DNA of 64,000 nt. Origin: the human T2T-CHM13v2.0 reference genome, Homo sapiens. This document shows positions 41,046 to 53,026 of the stretch, in pieces. The notes below the pieces were generated by a model. It worked only from the letters and a program-made list of their open reading frames with translations. It searched no databases and had not been told where the DNA came from. A program made the translations under genes and the position numbers. Location: NCBI GenBank assembly GCA_009914755.4, contig CP086569.2, positions 8,608,001 to 8,672,000 of the forward strand, given 5' to 3'. Every line of letters begins with the position of its first letter. Position 1 is the stretch's first letter.

Positions 41046-44000
41046 CTTTTGGCCATGGTGAAAAGGACCCCAGAACATGTAGAGTGCAAATTGAGAATCT
41101 CCTGGCAAACTCCTGATATGAGGGCTTTCATACCGGGAGCCAAACGGGTGTGGAATGGATTGAGGCAGGGTGGGATGTGGTCTCTACTCTTACCTCTTCT
41201 TTTCCAGACTTCCATGTTCCTCGTTGGCATAGGATTTCCTGCGTCTGGCTCAACGATTTCCACACTAAACATTTCCTGGTTCACGAAGAATGATCCTTAG
41301 TGGAATCCATTGTATGAGTGTTTTCTTCTAAATAATATCACGTTTTACTGACTAGGAAGTTTTGATACTTTTAAAACCATAAATTCCCATTACAGCCACC
41401 AACAAGAAAACTCTTGTTCTCCCACTTCTATTGGAGGCTTGCATGATTCCTGTAGGAGGAGAAGCAGGCAGCCATGTGTGGGTTTTACCTGGCAATCTAG
41501 GCTCTGTTTCATTAAATCTAGCTCCTTGGGGTTTCAGAGAGCAAAAGGGACTTCCAGTAGGCTCACTGTGCTCCAGGTTTTTGTCCATGATCTCGTTTTG
41601 GGGACTGAGTCTTCTAACAGGAATCATTGAACATTGCTTGGACTCCAGCACAAGACAGCTTTTTCTCTCAGGCGAGCCTTGTTTTTACTTTGCCTTCATG
41701 AAAAATCCACAGTGCCCCTTAACAGCACTGCTGGACACACTTTTCAGCCTTGCTATCACCACAGACAGCCTCTGAGACACGGTCTCAATGTCATCTGCAC
41801 CAATGAGAAGCCAGTCCGAGGTGTGAGAGAACTGCTCCACCTTAGACTTGCTTCTTTCATGGTACCTGCCTTTTCCAGAGAGGCCCTGTGAGGCCCAGGA
41901 TAAAGGGAGGCCATGAGATCAAGCTCAGGCGTCTTTCACTGATGCCTACCTCGGGGCTTTCAGGTATAATTCTGTCACCCAAAGAACCCTCAACAACACA
42001 AAAAAATATATTCCAGTCTCCATAGGACCCGATTCTTGCACACAACCTCTTTCAGGAATGGAGTCAGAAGAGTAGTTTCCAGTGACCACCTCACAATCTT
42101 GAAATGCCTCCTCCTCCAGTGGGACATGACAATGGAGACAGCCCAAAGAGGCCCTGAGTTTGGGACTTTTAGGGTCTCACAGTGGGTTTTCATAGGCATC
42201 ATTTTTCCTGAGACAAGGCCGGCTCTGCCTGTAGCATTTTCCCCTGCTTAGTCAGGCTGACAGCTCTGACAGCCAAGTGCCAGAGCCTGCCTCAGGAATG
42301 TGCATGAGCTAGACTCAGGGCACCATGCCTGATTTTGAGTTCTGGCAAGTGTCACAATGAATGTCACTGTTCCCTGCAGTTGCAGAGAAAGAGACCTCTG
42401 TGGGGGTGCGCTGGTGGACTCTCATCTGTCTTCTTTGTGGGATCCATGGAATAATCCCATGATCCTAGGAAAGGGAAGATGTGAGCAAGCCTGAAGAAAT
42501 GTCAAGCAGAGCCCCAGGAATAAACTGCAAAATCCCTATGGATCCAAAATCATCTGCAGGATTCCTTAGGCCTGCCTAGATGCTTTATGGATGAGTCTTT
42601 ATAAAACTTGCCCCCCTGATATTTTTAGGTACGGCCTGCCTCTGTTCCCTGGGGTTGCTCTCTCCAAGGTGGGTCTTTCTGCAGAAACACACAGCCTCAG
42701 AAGCTGCTGGGCTGTGTGTTTCTGTGAGAGTGTTGAAAGTGTCAGATTTCTGCATGTGTTTGTCTGGTGGTGTGTCTTTGTGTGTGTGCGTGCCTGCAAA
42801 TGGAGTCTGCTTAAAAGAATATGGCTAACACACTTCAGCCCTTCTTTATTTGAGTCTCTCAACCTTTTGATGGCCTGTCTGTGTGGCTTTGCTTTAGTTG
42901 CAGGGCTCTGTGTTCTTTATTTTTCTGTGGATCATGAATACACAGTGTACTGGGAGATGAGTCGAGACCTGCCAGAGAGTGACAGGACCTAGCCATGGAC
43001 CCTGGCACCACTAAAGGCCAATGACTACCTCTGCTTCTGTGACCCTTTCAGTCTACTTCTACAAATCCCTTGGCTTTTACCTCCACCCCCACTTCCATTT
43101 GACCACACTTCATCTCTCTGCCACAGACTCAGGGTAAGGCTCAAAAACTTGGTAGGAGAAGTAAAGGAAGAAGAGGATGGAAATAGAAAAGAATAGAGGG
43201 AAGGAGAGGGGAGAGAAAGCTCTTCCTGAGAAATGCATGAGTTTTTTATCTACCAAATCATATAAATTATTTTCCTTTTGGCTTACAAAGGCATTTCATA
43301 CTTGATATATGATTCAATTTCCATCGTATCCCTATAGATTACTCTATGATATAGATCATATGACATGATTATTATAGTTATCTTAAATGCATATTCTAAT
43401 ACTAGATAAGTACAACAGATTGATCAAGTTCTCATGGCAAAAGATGAATTGGACTAACATTAAGACATACTCCTAACTCAAAGACATTTCTTTACTGCCA
43501 CAGAGTAGCTTTCATTTTAATAGAGTTATTTTAAATTAAGTGTATTTTAAGTTAAAGATACTATGATATTTGGGAACAGCATAGTAGTTGGTGAGTAATG
43601 AGTTTTAGGTGCTGGTGTACTGGACTGTATTACATTGTGATTATCATTTTCTCCCTTCCCTTGGCTATCAGAAAACCTATCACAATATTAGCAATAGTTA
43701 TGTCACATTACTGTACATCCACTTATTTCCTTGGAAATTGAGGGATCCCTTTTGGTGTCGTGAATTAAATGTGCGCTTAACCACAGCTATTTTATAGCTA
43801 CCACCTATTGGCATAGCTAGAGTGAATAATACATGCAAAACATAAAGGGGGACATAATTATTTGCTGACATCCTCCAAAGTCTAATTCAAAGACATATAC
43901 ACAGGAGATCTTAGTTATGCTTCTAATTTCATCTATACTTCCTTACCCCTTCTATAGACAGGTTATCTTCACCACTTTTATCCCTATTTATATATTAATG

Positions 44001-44174
44001 AGCATTCCTTCAACTCAGTTTTCTGAGGAACTCTAAAATAATTTTTAAAATATGAGCCCTTTCCTGAATCTCACACTTGAATTTTCTATTTAAGCTATTG
44101 GTTTGGTATCTCACTAAATTATAAGTTTATGAAGATAATACCCCTCCAATTTAGACACAGGTGCTTTATCTCCA

Positions 44175-45700
44175 GGGTCACGATATTCCCTTCTCCACTT
44201 GGTCTGTGTGGTTGGCAATTAAAACAGCACTGGAGCCCTTCCACACTGAGGAGGAGGAGGAGAAGTTTCAGGATGACATAGAAAAGTTTAATAATCAGGA
44301 GTCTGATAATCAGCACAGTGAACCATCACTGTCTAGTTTTAAAAAGGGGGAGAAATGGGAAGGAATATATTCTAACTTCCAAAAATGTATGAAAGAGACA
44401 GTTCCTCCTACTGTGCCTTTAGGGGAAGGTGCAAAATGGCCACCTCCACCTCAGCCTTATGAATTTTTGGAATGGGAGACTGAGACTCAGCTTGCCACTC
44501 CCATTGTTGCAGGGCCTACCATTGACCATGTTAAAGGGAAGCTTCAACAGCCCAACAGCCAATTACGGTGAGGGAATGATCCAGGCTTTTCCACCTGTTA
44601 ATTATGGGAGAGAAATGCTGCTAGCCAGTCCAAATACAAATTATGGTGCAGTGGCAATTCAGGCATCCATTTGACAGGTACAAGAAATAGGGGATTTCGA
44701 TGCTTGGCAGTTTCCAGTAATTATTTATCCAGCTAAGGAGCCCAGAGAACATGTTCAGGCATTCTGGGAGCCATTTCTCTTTAAAATATTAAAAAGATTT
44801 AAAGCAAGCAAGTGAACAATATGGGTCAAATTCTTCTTATGTTCATTCCTTATTATAATTTGTGGCTTATAACAGGCATTTAATACCTATGGATTGGGAG
44901 TGATTAGCTCAATCCACCCTGTCTCCCTCTCAATTTCTCCATTTAAAAACCTGGTAGACAGATGAAGCAACAAATCAGGCATGAAGAAATGCTCAAGCCC
45001 AACCTCCCATTAATATCACATCTGACCAATTGCTTGGAATCGGACAGGCATTGGGTACTGTAAATCAACAGGTGGTAAAGGGTGATGAGTCTGTCGATCA
45101 GCTCAGAACTATATGCTTACGATCCCAGGAAAAAAATTCATGACCCTGTTACTACTTATCCTTCTTTTAACTCAGTTTGACAGGGTCCAAGGGAGATTTA
45201 TCCAGATTTTATTGCCCCATTTGCAAGAAGCTGCTCAAAAGGTTATTTTGGTCTCGTGCCAGGAAAGGGATCATTCAGTGGCTTGCTTATGAAAATGTGA
45301 ATACAGAACATCAGGCAGAAATTAGATCTATTAAAGTAAAGGCAGATGTAAATGAAGAAAAAAACTTTAAGCGAATATATTAAAGCCTGTGATGGCATTG
45401 AGGGGCCCTTATATAAGGCCAGCCTCCTTTGTCAGTCAATGGCTGGACTAAGGGTAACAAAAAACACAGCAGTGTTCCCTGGATCTTGACATAATTGGGG
45501 ACACATAGGACATGCAAAAAGAGAGTGTACAAAGAGCCAAAAAAGGGAAAACTCCGGACCAGGCCCTGATTCAAAACAGGGCATTACCTATTTGGGGTGG
45601 GTCATCCCTGACTCCAAAGAGAGTATTCCCAGCCCAGTCTATCCCTTTACAAATGTATAGCAATTGTCCCCCACCAGAGATAAAAGTGGGGCAGTAGATT
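44175..45700 (+). pseudogene. HERV-K(HML) gag remnant
   Basis: ORFs 44161-44571, 45177-45383 and 45512-45697 align to HERV-K Gag (MA end, CA, NC region). Confidence 0.75.
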
Positions 45701-46200
45701 TATGCTGTGGAAAAGCTATATCCTTCCTTCCTGGGGAGCCTCCTAGGAAGATCCCAATGAAGGTTTATGGCCCATTGTAAAACGGCAAGGTGGGACTTAC
45801 ACTGGGAAAGTCCAGCTTGAAATTAAAGGGAATTCAAGTACATACTGGAGTAGTGGACTCTGATTACCAGGGAGAAATTCAAATTTTTATCTCTTCCACT
45901 GTCCCCTGGAGTGCTAATCCAGGAGACAGAATAGCTCAACTGTTTCTTTTACTGTATGTTAAGTCAGAAGCAAGCTCAGAAAAAAAGGAGGATTTGGAAG
46001 CACAAAATCAGCAGGCAAGGCTGCCTATTGGGTAAATCAAGTCTCTGACAATAGACCTATTTGTATGGTCACTATTCAAGGAAAACAATTTGAGGGTCTT
46101 GTCAACACAGGAGCAGATGTGTCAATCATAGCTCTTTATCAATAGCCAAAAAACTGGCCAAAAGAAAAGGCCCCAGTAGGTCTTCTTGGGGTTGAGGATT
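45700..46200 (+). pseudogene. HERV-K(HML) dUTPase-protease remnant; the deletion junction to env lies at ~46200-46260
   Basis: …GVVDSDYQGEIQIF…; …GLVNTGADVSIIAL…; protease homology stops at …PVGLLGV and Env leader homology (…[22 protein letters not shown]…) begins ~80 bp later. Confidence 0.7.
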
Positions 46201-46269
46201 TGCTTGTATCTCACCAGGAGAGAATCAGCTTCTTGTCTGGGTACCCACAAGACATCTTAAGCTGTGCCA

Positions 46270-48215
46270 GGAGCCAGAATTCAAGGAAGAGGAAAAGACC
46301 TCAGAAAATCCCTGCACCCCCAGTTCATCAGATGGCTCAGATGAACATCTCTATTGAGCAGATGGAAACCAGTAACACTCACCAAGCGACTCCACCTACC
46401 TGGAGGCAGATGAAGACACTAGTTCGCATTGCAGAAGAGAACCTGAGGTCTCAACACAAGCTGCTGACCACCAGTAATCTAATGGTAGCTATGATGGTGG
46501 TCATCTCCTTTGTGGTGAGTCTCCCTGTAGAGGGGCAGATCAAAATTACACTTACTGGACCTACATTCCATTCCCACCACTGATTAGTCCTGTTACAAGG
46601 TTAGATGCCCCAGTGGATGTTGTGTTAATGATAGTGTCTGGATGCCTGGACCAACAGATAACTGAGGTCCTACTCATCCAGAGGAGGAAGGAATGTTAAT
46701 GAAAGTTTCCATTGGTTATCACTTTCCTTCCATCTTCCTGGGGCCAGCAGCAGGATGTTTAAATTATGATAAACAAAGTTGGATGGTTTATGTCCCTGCA
46801 CATAATGGATCAAATGCCTCTATTCATGTAATCGGTGGAAGAACATTTCAATTTTTGGACACTATGAAATACCTTGAGCATGGCTATGTTATGACACATC
46901 ATCAGATTAATAAATTTAAACCTAATAAGAAGTCCTGCCCCAGGCAGGCCACTAAATGGTCTGAAAACCTAGAGGTGTTAACATGGGAAGATTGTATTGC
47001 AAACAGCACTGCAGTATTGTGAAATAATTCCATTGGAATCATCATTGATTGGGCCCCTAGGGGTCACTTTGCAGTAAATTGTACTGGACAGAGCAAAGAT
47101 TTTGGAGAGGCTCCTTTGCAAAGGACTACCAGATAATGCACCAAAATTATATAGAAGAATTGAAACAAATTACCCTATTATGTAGGAGGAGAATGGTATG
47201 GCTCCTCCAAGCCCAAAAATGATTAATCCAATTATAAGTCCAGAACATCCAGAATGTGGAAATTAGTGATGGCTCAAACCGCAGTTGGAATTTGGAAAGG
47301 AGAATATAAAACAGAGACCCATAGTAAAAAACTTCAGTTTGTTGTAGCCATGATCTCTAATCAGACAGTCCCATTGCATAGTTGTGTTATACCTACTTTT
47401 ATGTTAGTAATAGGAAAAGTTAATGTCCTACTTGACTCTCAAACCATATCATGCCTCAGCTGTCATATTTTTACCTGCATTAATTCTACCTTTAATAAAA
47501 ATAATAGCATTTTACTGGTTAGGGCCCGAGAAGCAGTTTGGATACCTGTTTCCCTCAACAGAGTTGGGAGGCCTCTCCCTCCATATATATTATCACTGCA
47601 GTACTAAAAGATCAAAGAGATACTTAATAGATCAAAGAGATTCATATTTACTTTAATAGCTGTCATCATGGGACTTATAGCTGTCACAGCTACAGCTGCT
47701 GCGGCTGGCTTTGCTTTGCACTCTTCTATTCAAACTGCGAGCTCTGTGGATAGTTGGCAGAAAAATTTTTCCAAGCTTTGGAATTTCCAAAGCCAAATAG
47801 ATGAAAAATTGGCAAATCAAATTAATGATCTTCATCAAACAGTAATTTGAATGGGAGATTGGATTATGAGCTTGGAGCATAGAATTCAAATGCAATGTGA
47901 TTGGAATACTTCTGATTTTTGTATTCCTCCTAGCTCTTATAATACCACTGAACACCACTGGGAGATGATTAGACATCACCTACCAGGAGAAGAAGATAAT
48001 TTAACATTAGATCCTGCTAAACTGAAAAAACAACTTTTTGCCACATCTCAAGCTCATCCCAGCCTATTGCCTGGAGCTGATATTCTTGTTGGAACCGCTG
48101 ATGGCCTTTTAAACACTAATCCTATAAAGTGAATTAAAACCATAGGTGGATCATCAATTGCAAACATTATTTTGGTTTGTGTCTGTTTATGCTTTTTTTT
48201 TTAACCTACTGATGT
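46270..48215 (+). pseudogene. HERV-K(HML) env remnant (signal peptide, SU, furin site, TM, membrane anchor); several frameshifts
   Basis: ORFs 46200-46583, 46693-47022, 47254-47607, 47668-47850 and 47851-48132; anchor …WIKTIGGSSIANIILVCVCLCFFF. Confidence 0.8.
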
Positions 48216-48221
48216 GGACAG

Positions 48222-48897
48222 CACCTTGGGAGAGTAGATAGGCACCATGAATGAGCTATGATAGCAATGGTGGTTATTAATTTAAAAAAATGGAGACAAA
48301 AAAGTGGGACATGAGGGAAAGAGAGTTTCTGGGATGCCAGATGAGTTGGTATCCCCGGTGTGAGACTCCCACAGGGAGCCATGTGTGGCCTCTGAGGAGA
48401 AAAGTCTCCTGATTGCCTTCATGTCCTTATGCCCAGAGAGCATAACAGCTCAGCAGCATGCCACAGGTTGCTCAGGGAAATAACACTCCCTTGAAGCAGT
48501 GGCGTATAATCAACCCTCTTGGCTTCTCCTGAAATCTGATCCCATCCATTTCAGTCACAATAAGTTAAATATATTAAGCAGTTTAGACACACACCTTTGC
48601 TAGAGGAAATTCACAGAAACTGCCACTGCTATACATCTTATTGAATGACTCGGGAGTTCTCCCTCACTGATTAATACTTCCCCTCATCCCTTCCTACCCC
48701 TCCTATCTGCCCTAAGAACAAAGAGCTTGTAAACCAATAAATTGGGTGGAGTCTGAGAGCTCTGGGCCATGAGCAAGCCTCCAATTCTCTGTTCCCCTGG
48801 ATCTGCCTTTTAAACTCTCATTCTGTCTCTTTCTAATTATTTGTCTCCGCTGGACTCGGGGTACCCACTGGGCAGTGTAGGGCTGGTTTCCCAACAA
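48222..48897 (+). repeat. HERV-K(HML) 3' LTR (not LTR5/HML-2 type)
   Basis: Begins tgtggacagcacc immediately after env, ends …ggctggtttcccaaca. The array-unit sequence resumes at the next base. Confidence 0.7.
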
Positions 48898-50574
48898 TTC
48901 TCTCAAGTGATTTTTTTCTCTCCTATCATAAGTAATCCACAGTGCTCTTACAACAACACCACTGGATACCCTATCAAGGGTGGAAATCGCCACAGACAGC
49001 CTCTGAGACACTGTCTCAACCTCATCTGCACCCATGACAGGCCAGTTCAAAGTGTAAGAACATGTCTCCAACGTGGACTTGCCTTTCTTGTGGTTCTTGC
49101 TTATCTGAGAGAGCCCCTGTGAGGCCCAGGATGAAGGGAGGCAGTGGGATTAAGGACCTGGCCATCTTTCACTGACACCTGCCTCTGGGGTCTTCTTTCA
49201 CCCAAAGAATACTGAACAACACAACAGAATATATCCCAATCCCCATGGGATCTGATCCTTGCACACACACATTTTCTTTCAGGAATGGAGTCAGAAGAGC
49301 TGTTTCCAGCAACCACCTAACAGTCTTGAAATGCCTGCTCCTCCAGCAGGACCAGACCATGGAGACTGCCATGGGGCCCTAAGGTTGACATGTTTAGGGT
49401 CTTGCAGTTGGTTTTCTTAGGTAGCCATTTTCCTGATGTGAGGCCAGCTTGGCCCGTGCGTTTCCCTCTGCCTAGGTAGGCTGACAGCTCTGACAGCTGA
49501 GTGCTTGAGCCTGCCCCAAGAATGTGCACGTACTAGTCTCAGGGCACCAGGCCTGAGGGTGAGTTCTGGCTAGCCTCACAAAGAATGTCAGCGTTGCCTA
49601 GCAACAAGTCCATGCAGCTTGGCAGAGAAGGAGATCTGCTTGGAGGTGCATTGGCAGTGGACTCTCCCCTGTCTTTTCTGTGGGATCCACAGGATAGTCC
49701 CATGATCCTATGAGGGGGCACATGTGAACCAGACTGAAGAAACATCAACCACAATCAGAGGGCTTATGGGAGTCAGCCTGAAGAAACATAAACCACAGTC
49801 CCAGAAATAAACTGCAAAATCCCTAAGGATCCAAAAAGATCTGCAGAATTCCTCAGTCTGGCCTAGAGGTTGTATGGATTTTGAAACTTGTGCCAATATG
49901 ATTTCTAGGTACAGCCTGCCTCTGTTCCCTGGGGTTGCTGTCTCCCAGGTGGGGCCTCCTGCAGAACCACGCAACCTCAGGATCTGCCACGCTGTGTGTT
50001 TCTGTGGGTGTGTTGCGAGTGTTTGACATCAAGTGTGTGCAGCATTGTGTGTGTGTGTGCCTGTAAGTGGGGTCTGCTCAAAGGAATGGGGCTAACACAC
50101 TTCAGTGCTTCTTTTTTTTTTTTTTAGCCTCACTACCTTTTGGTGGCCTGTCTGTGTGGCTTTGCTTGGGCTGCATGGCTCAGTGTTATTTTTCTGTGGA
50201 TCATGAATCCGCAGTGAATTTGGAGGCGGGCCAAGACCCACCAGCATCCAAATCACCTCCCCCTGCACTGAAAATGACTCTTCTAGAAGAAGAGCACACC
50301 ACACCAAAAACCAGGCATCTCCCAGTGTTTCCATCATCTTGAGGACAAAGCTGGGAGACACACTAGCAGATGTGTCTGCAAGACCACTTGGATTAACTTC
50401 GAATTTGGTTCCCAGCTGTGCACATGCTTCATATCATGAGGGGGCACTACTACATCTTCTTGTGATGTTATCCTGGAACATAGAGTGTGAGCAGCAATAA
50501 GGTCAGATGGGGTGAGGATACAATCTGCTGAATGGAGAATGGGGTCCAGCAACTTCACCTGCAAAAAAAATAAA

Positions 50575-53026
50575 GACAGATGACACAAAAGTTGTTTCTA
50601 ACTCTATCCCAACTTTCCCTTAATTGCAAAAGCAGTCCACACCATGACCCAGAATTCAGGTGGGAGTACTTCAGTGTGCAAGGAATATTTGGAGTGAAAA
50701 TTTGGGCCAACCTGGCAAACTCCCAATGTCAGAGCTTTCATACCCAGAGCCAAATGGCAGTGGAATGGATTGGTGCTTGGTAGGATGTGGCCTCTAAACT
50801 TGTCTCTTCTTTTTCTGACTTCCATGTTTCTCACAAGTCTGGGGTTTCCTGTGTCTGTCTCAATGACTTCCACACTAAATGTTTCTCAGTTCATGAGAAT
50901 GACACTCATGGGAATCCATAGCATCTGTGTTTTCTTCTAAAAACTCTCACATTTTAATGACTGGGCAGCTTTGATACTTTTAAAACCATAAATTCCTATA
51001 ACAGCCTCCAACAAGGAAACTCTTGTTCTCCCACTTCTATTGGAGTGCTGCATGATTCCTGTAGGATGAGAAGCTGGCAGCTGTGTCTGGCTTTTGCCTG
51101 GTAAATTAGCCTCTGTTTCATTTCATCTGTATGGACTTCTCATAGTGGAAGGGCTCTTGCATTGTTCCATTGCTGGATAGTTATGCCTCTTGCCACCGAT
51201 TATTTAGCTGCCAGAGATTTCAGAGAGAGGAAGGGACTTTGGGTCACATGGCTGCACTGCATATTGTGAGTTGTTGTCTTGTTGTGGGAGCTGACGTTGT
51301 TTGCACTTTGCAGGAGTCTTTGGGGTCCTCTGACAGGAATCATTGAACATTGCTTGGACTCCAGCACAAGGCACCTCATTCTTTCAGGTGAGCCTTGATT
51401 TTTCTTTGCTTTCATGGATAATTCACAGTGTTCCTCAACAGCACTACTGGACACCCTTTTTAGGCTTGCCATCACCACAGACAGCCTCTGAGAAGGTGTC
51501 ACACACTCGTGTGCACCCATGAGTGGCAAGTTCGAGGTGTGAGAAGTGTTGATCTTATACTTGACTTGTCTTGCTTCCTGCCTTTCCCAGAAAGCCTATG
51601 CGAGGCCCCAGATGAAGGGAGGAAGAGAGGTCAAGAGCCTGGTCATCTTTTCCTGACACCCTCCTCTGGGGTCTTAGGTATGCTGCTATCACCCAAAAAA
51701 CCCCTCCAGAACACACCAGACTATATATCAATCCCTATGGGACCAGATTCTTTCACACAGCCTCCTTTGTGAATGGACTCAGAAGAGCAGTTTGCGACCA
51801 CCTCATGGTCTTGAAATGCCTCCTCCACCAGTGGGACACAACCATGGAGATGGCTTGAATAACCCCCAAAGTTGAGACTTTCAGGGTCCTGCAGTGGGTT
51901 TCATAGGCAGCTTTTTCCCTGATACCAGACAGACTCTGCCTCTGCCATTTTCCTCTGCTTAGGCAGGCTGAGAGCTCTGAGAGCCAGTGCCCCAGCCTGC
52001 CTCATTAATGTTCATACCCTAGTCTCAGGACATCAGGCCTGATTGTGAGCTCTGGCTAGCTTCACAATGAATGTTACCTTTGCCAGAGACAAGTCCCTGC
52101 AGCTTGGCAGATAAAGAGACTTCCATGGAGGTGCGTCAGCAGTGGACTCTTGCCTGTCTTCTCTGTTGTATCCATGGGATAGTCCCATGATCCTAGGAGA
52201 GGGCAGACGTGAGGCAGCCAGAAGTAACATCAAACAGAGCCCCAGGAATAAACTGTGAAATCCCTAAGAATACAAAACAGTCTGCAGAATTCCTCAAACC
52301 TGTTTAGACTTTATAGGGGTGAGTCTTTTCGAAACTTGCCCTACTGTGATATCCAGGTACAGCAACTGTGTTCCCCAAGGTTGCTCTCTCCCAAATGGGA
52401 CTTCCTGCAGAACCACGCAGCCTCAGGAGCTGCCAGCTTGTGTGTTTCTGTGAAAGTATTGAGAGTGTTGAATGTCTGCATGTATGTGTGTGTCTATGTG
52501 TGTGCATGTTAGAATATAAGTGGAGTATTCTTAAAGGAATGTGGCTAACACATTTTAGCACTTCTTTTTTTGAGTCCCCCAACTTTTTGGTGGCCTGTAT
52601 GTGCAGCACTCCTTGGGCTGTGGGGCTCCATGTTCTTCAGTTTTCTGTGCACCATAAATCCCCAGTGAATTGGGAGGCAAGCTGAGACCCACCAGTGTCA
52701 AACTCACCTCCCACTCCAAAAGAAAGCCACTCTTAGAAAAAAGGGGAGCACACCACATGAAAAAACAGTCATCTCTGAGTGTTTCATTGTCCTGCAGCCA
52801 ATGCAGGGAGACACACTAGCAGTCCTGTCCATACGGCCCTTGAATTTACCTCAAATTCAGGTCCCAGTCAAGCAGTTGCTTCACATCATGAGGGGGCAAT
52901 AATCCATCGTCTTGGGTTTTCATTTTTGGACATAGAGTGTGAGCAGCAATAAGGTCAGACAGGGGTGAGGATACAATCTGGTGGGAATTGGATGAGATCC
53001 CACAACTTCACCTGCAAAAAAATGAA
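50575..53026 (+). repeat. Array unit, complete, 2452 bp
   Basis: Bounded by the landmark motif at 50575 and 53027. Confidence 0.9.

Larger units (their letters stand above)
44160..48897 (+). mobile_element. HERV-K(HML)-like betaretroviral provirus, 5'-truncated (no 5' LTR, gag starts at about codon 90) and with an internal deletion of 3' pro plus all of pol; gag, dUTPase/protease, env and 3' LTR are present
   Basis: gag: …STWSVWLAIKTALEPFHTEEEE… (HML-2 TVWNDWAIIKAALEPFQTEED); …QWLAYENVNTEHQAEIRSIKVK…; …KACDGIEGP…. dUTPase GVVDSDYQGEI; protease VTIQGKQFEGLVNTGADVSIIAL. env: …ATPPTWRQMKTL…NLMVAMMVVISFVVSLPV…, furin site [39 protein letters not shown]…[37 protein letters not shown]… (~75% identical to HERV-K HML-2 Env over this region). 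LTR 48222-48897 (tgtggacagcacc…cccaaca). Confidence 0.85.

Noticed and set aside
42985-44160. Calling 42985-44160 a 5' LTR of the HERV-K element
   Set aside because: There is only weak, purine-rich local similarity to the 3' LTR. There is no clear TG…CA boundary and no tRNA-Lys PBS, and the divergence would be far greater than expected for sister LTRs. It is left as unassigned AT-rich sequence.
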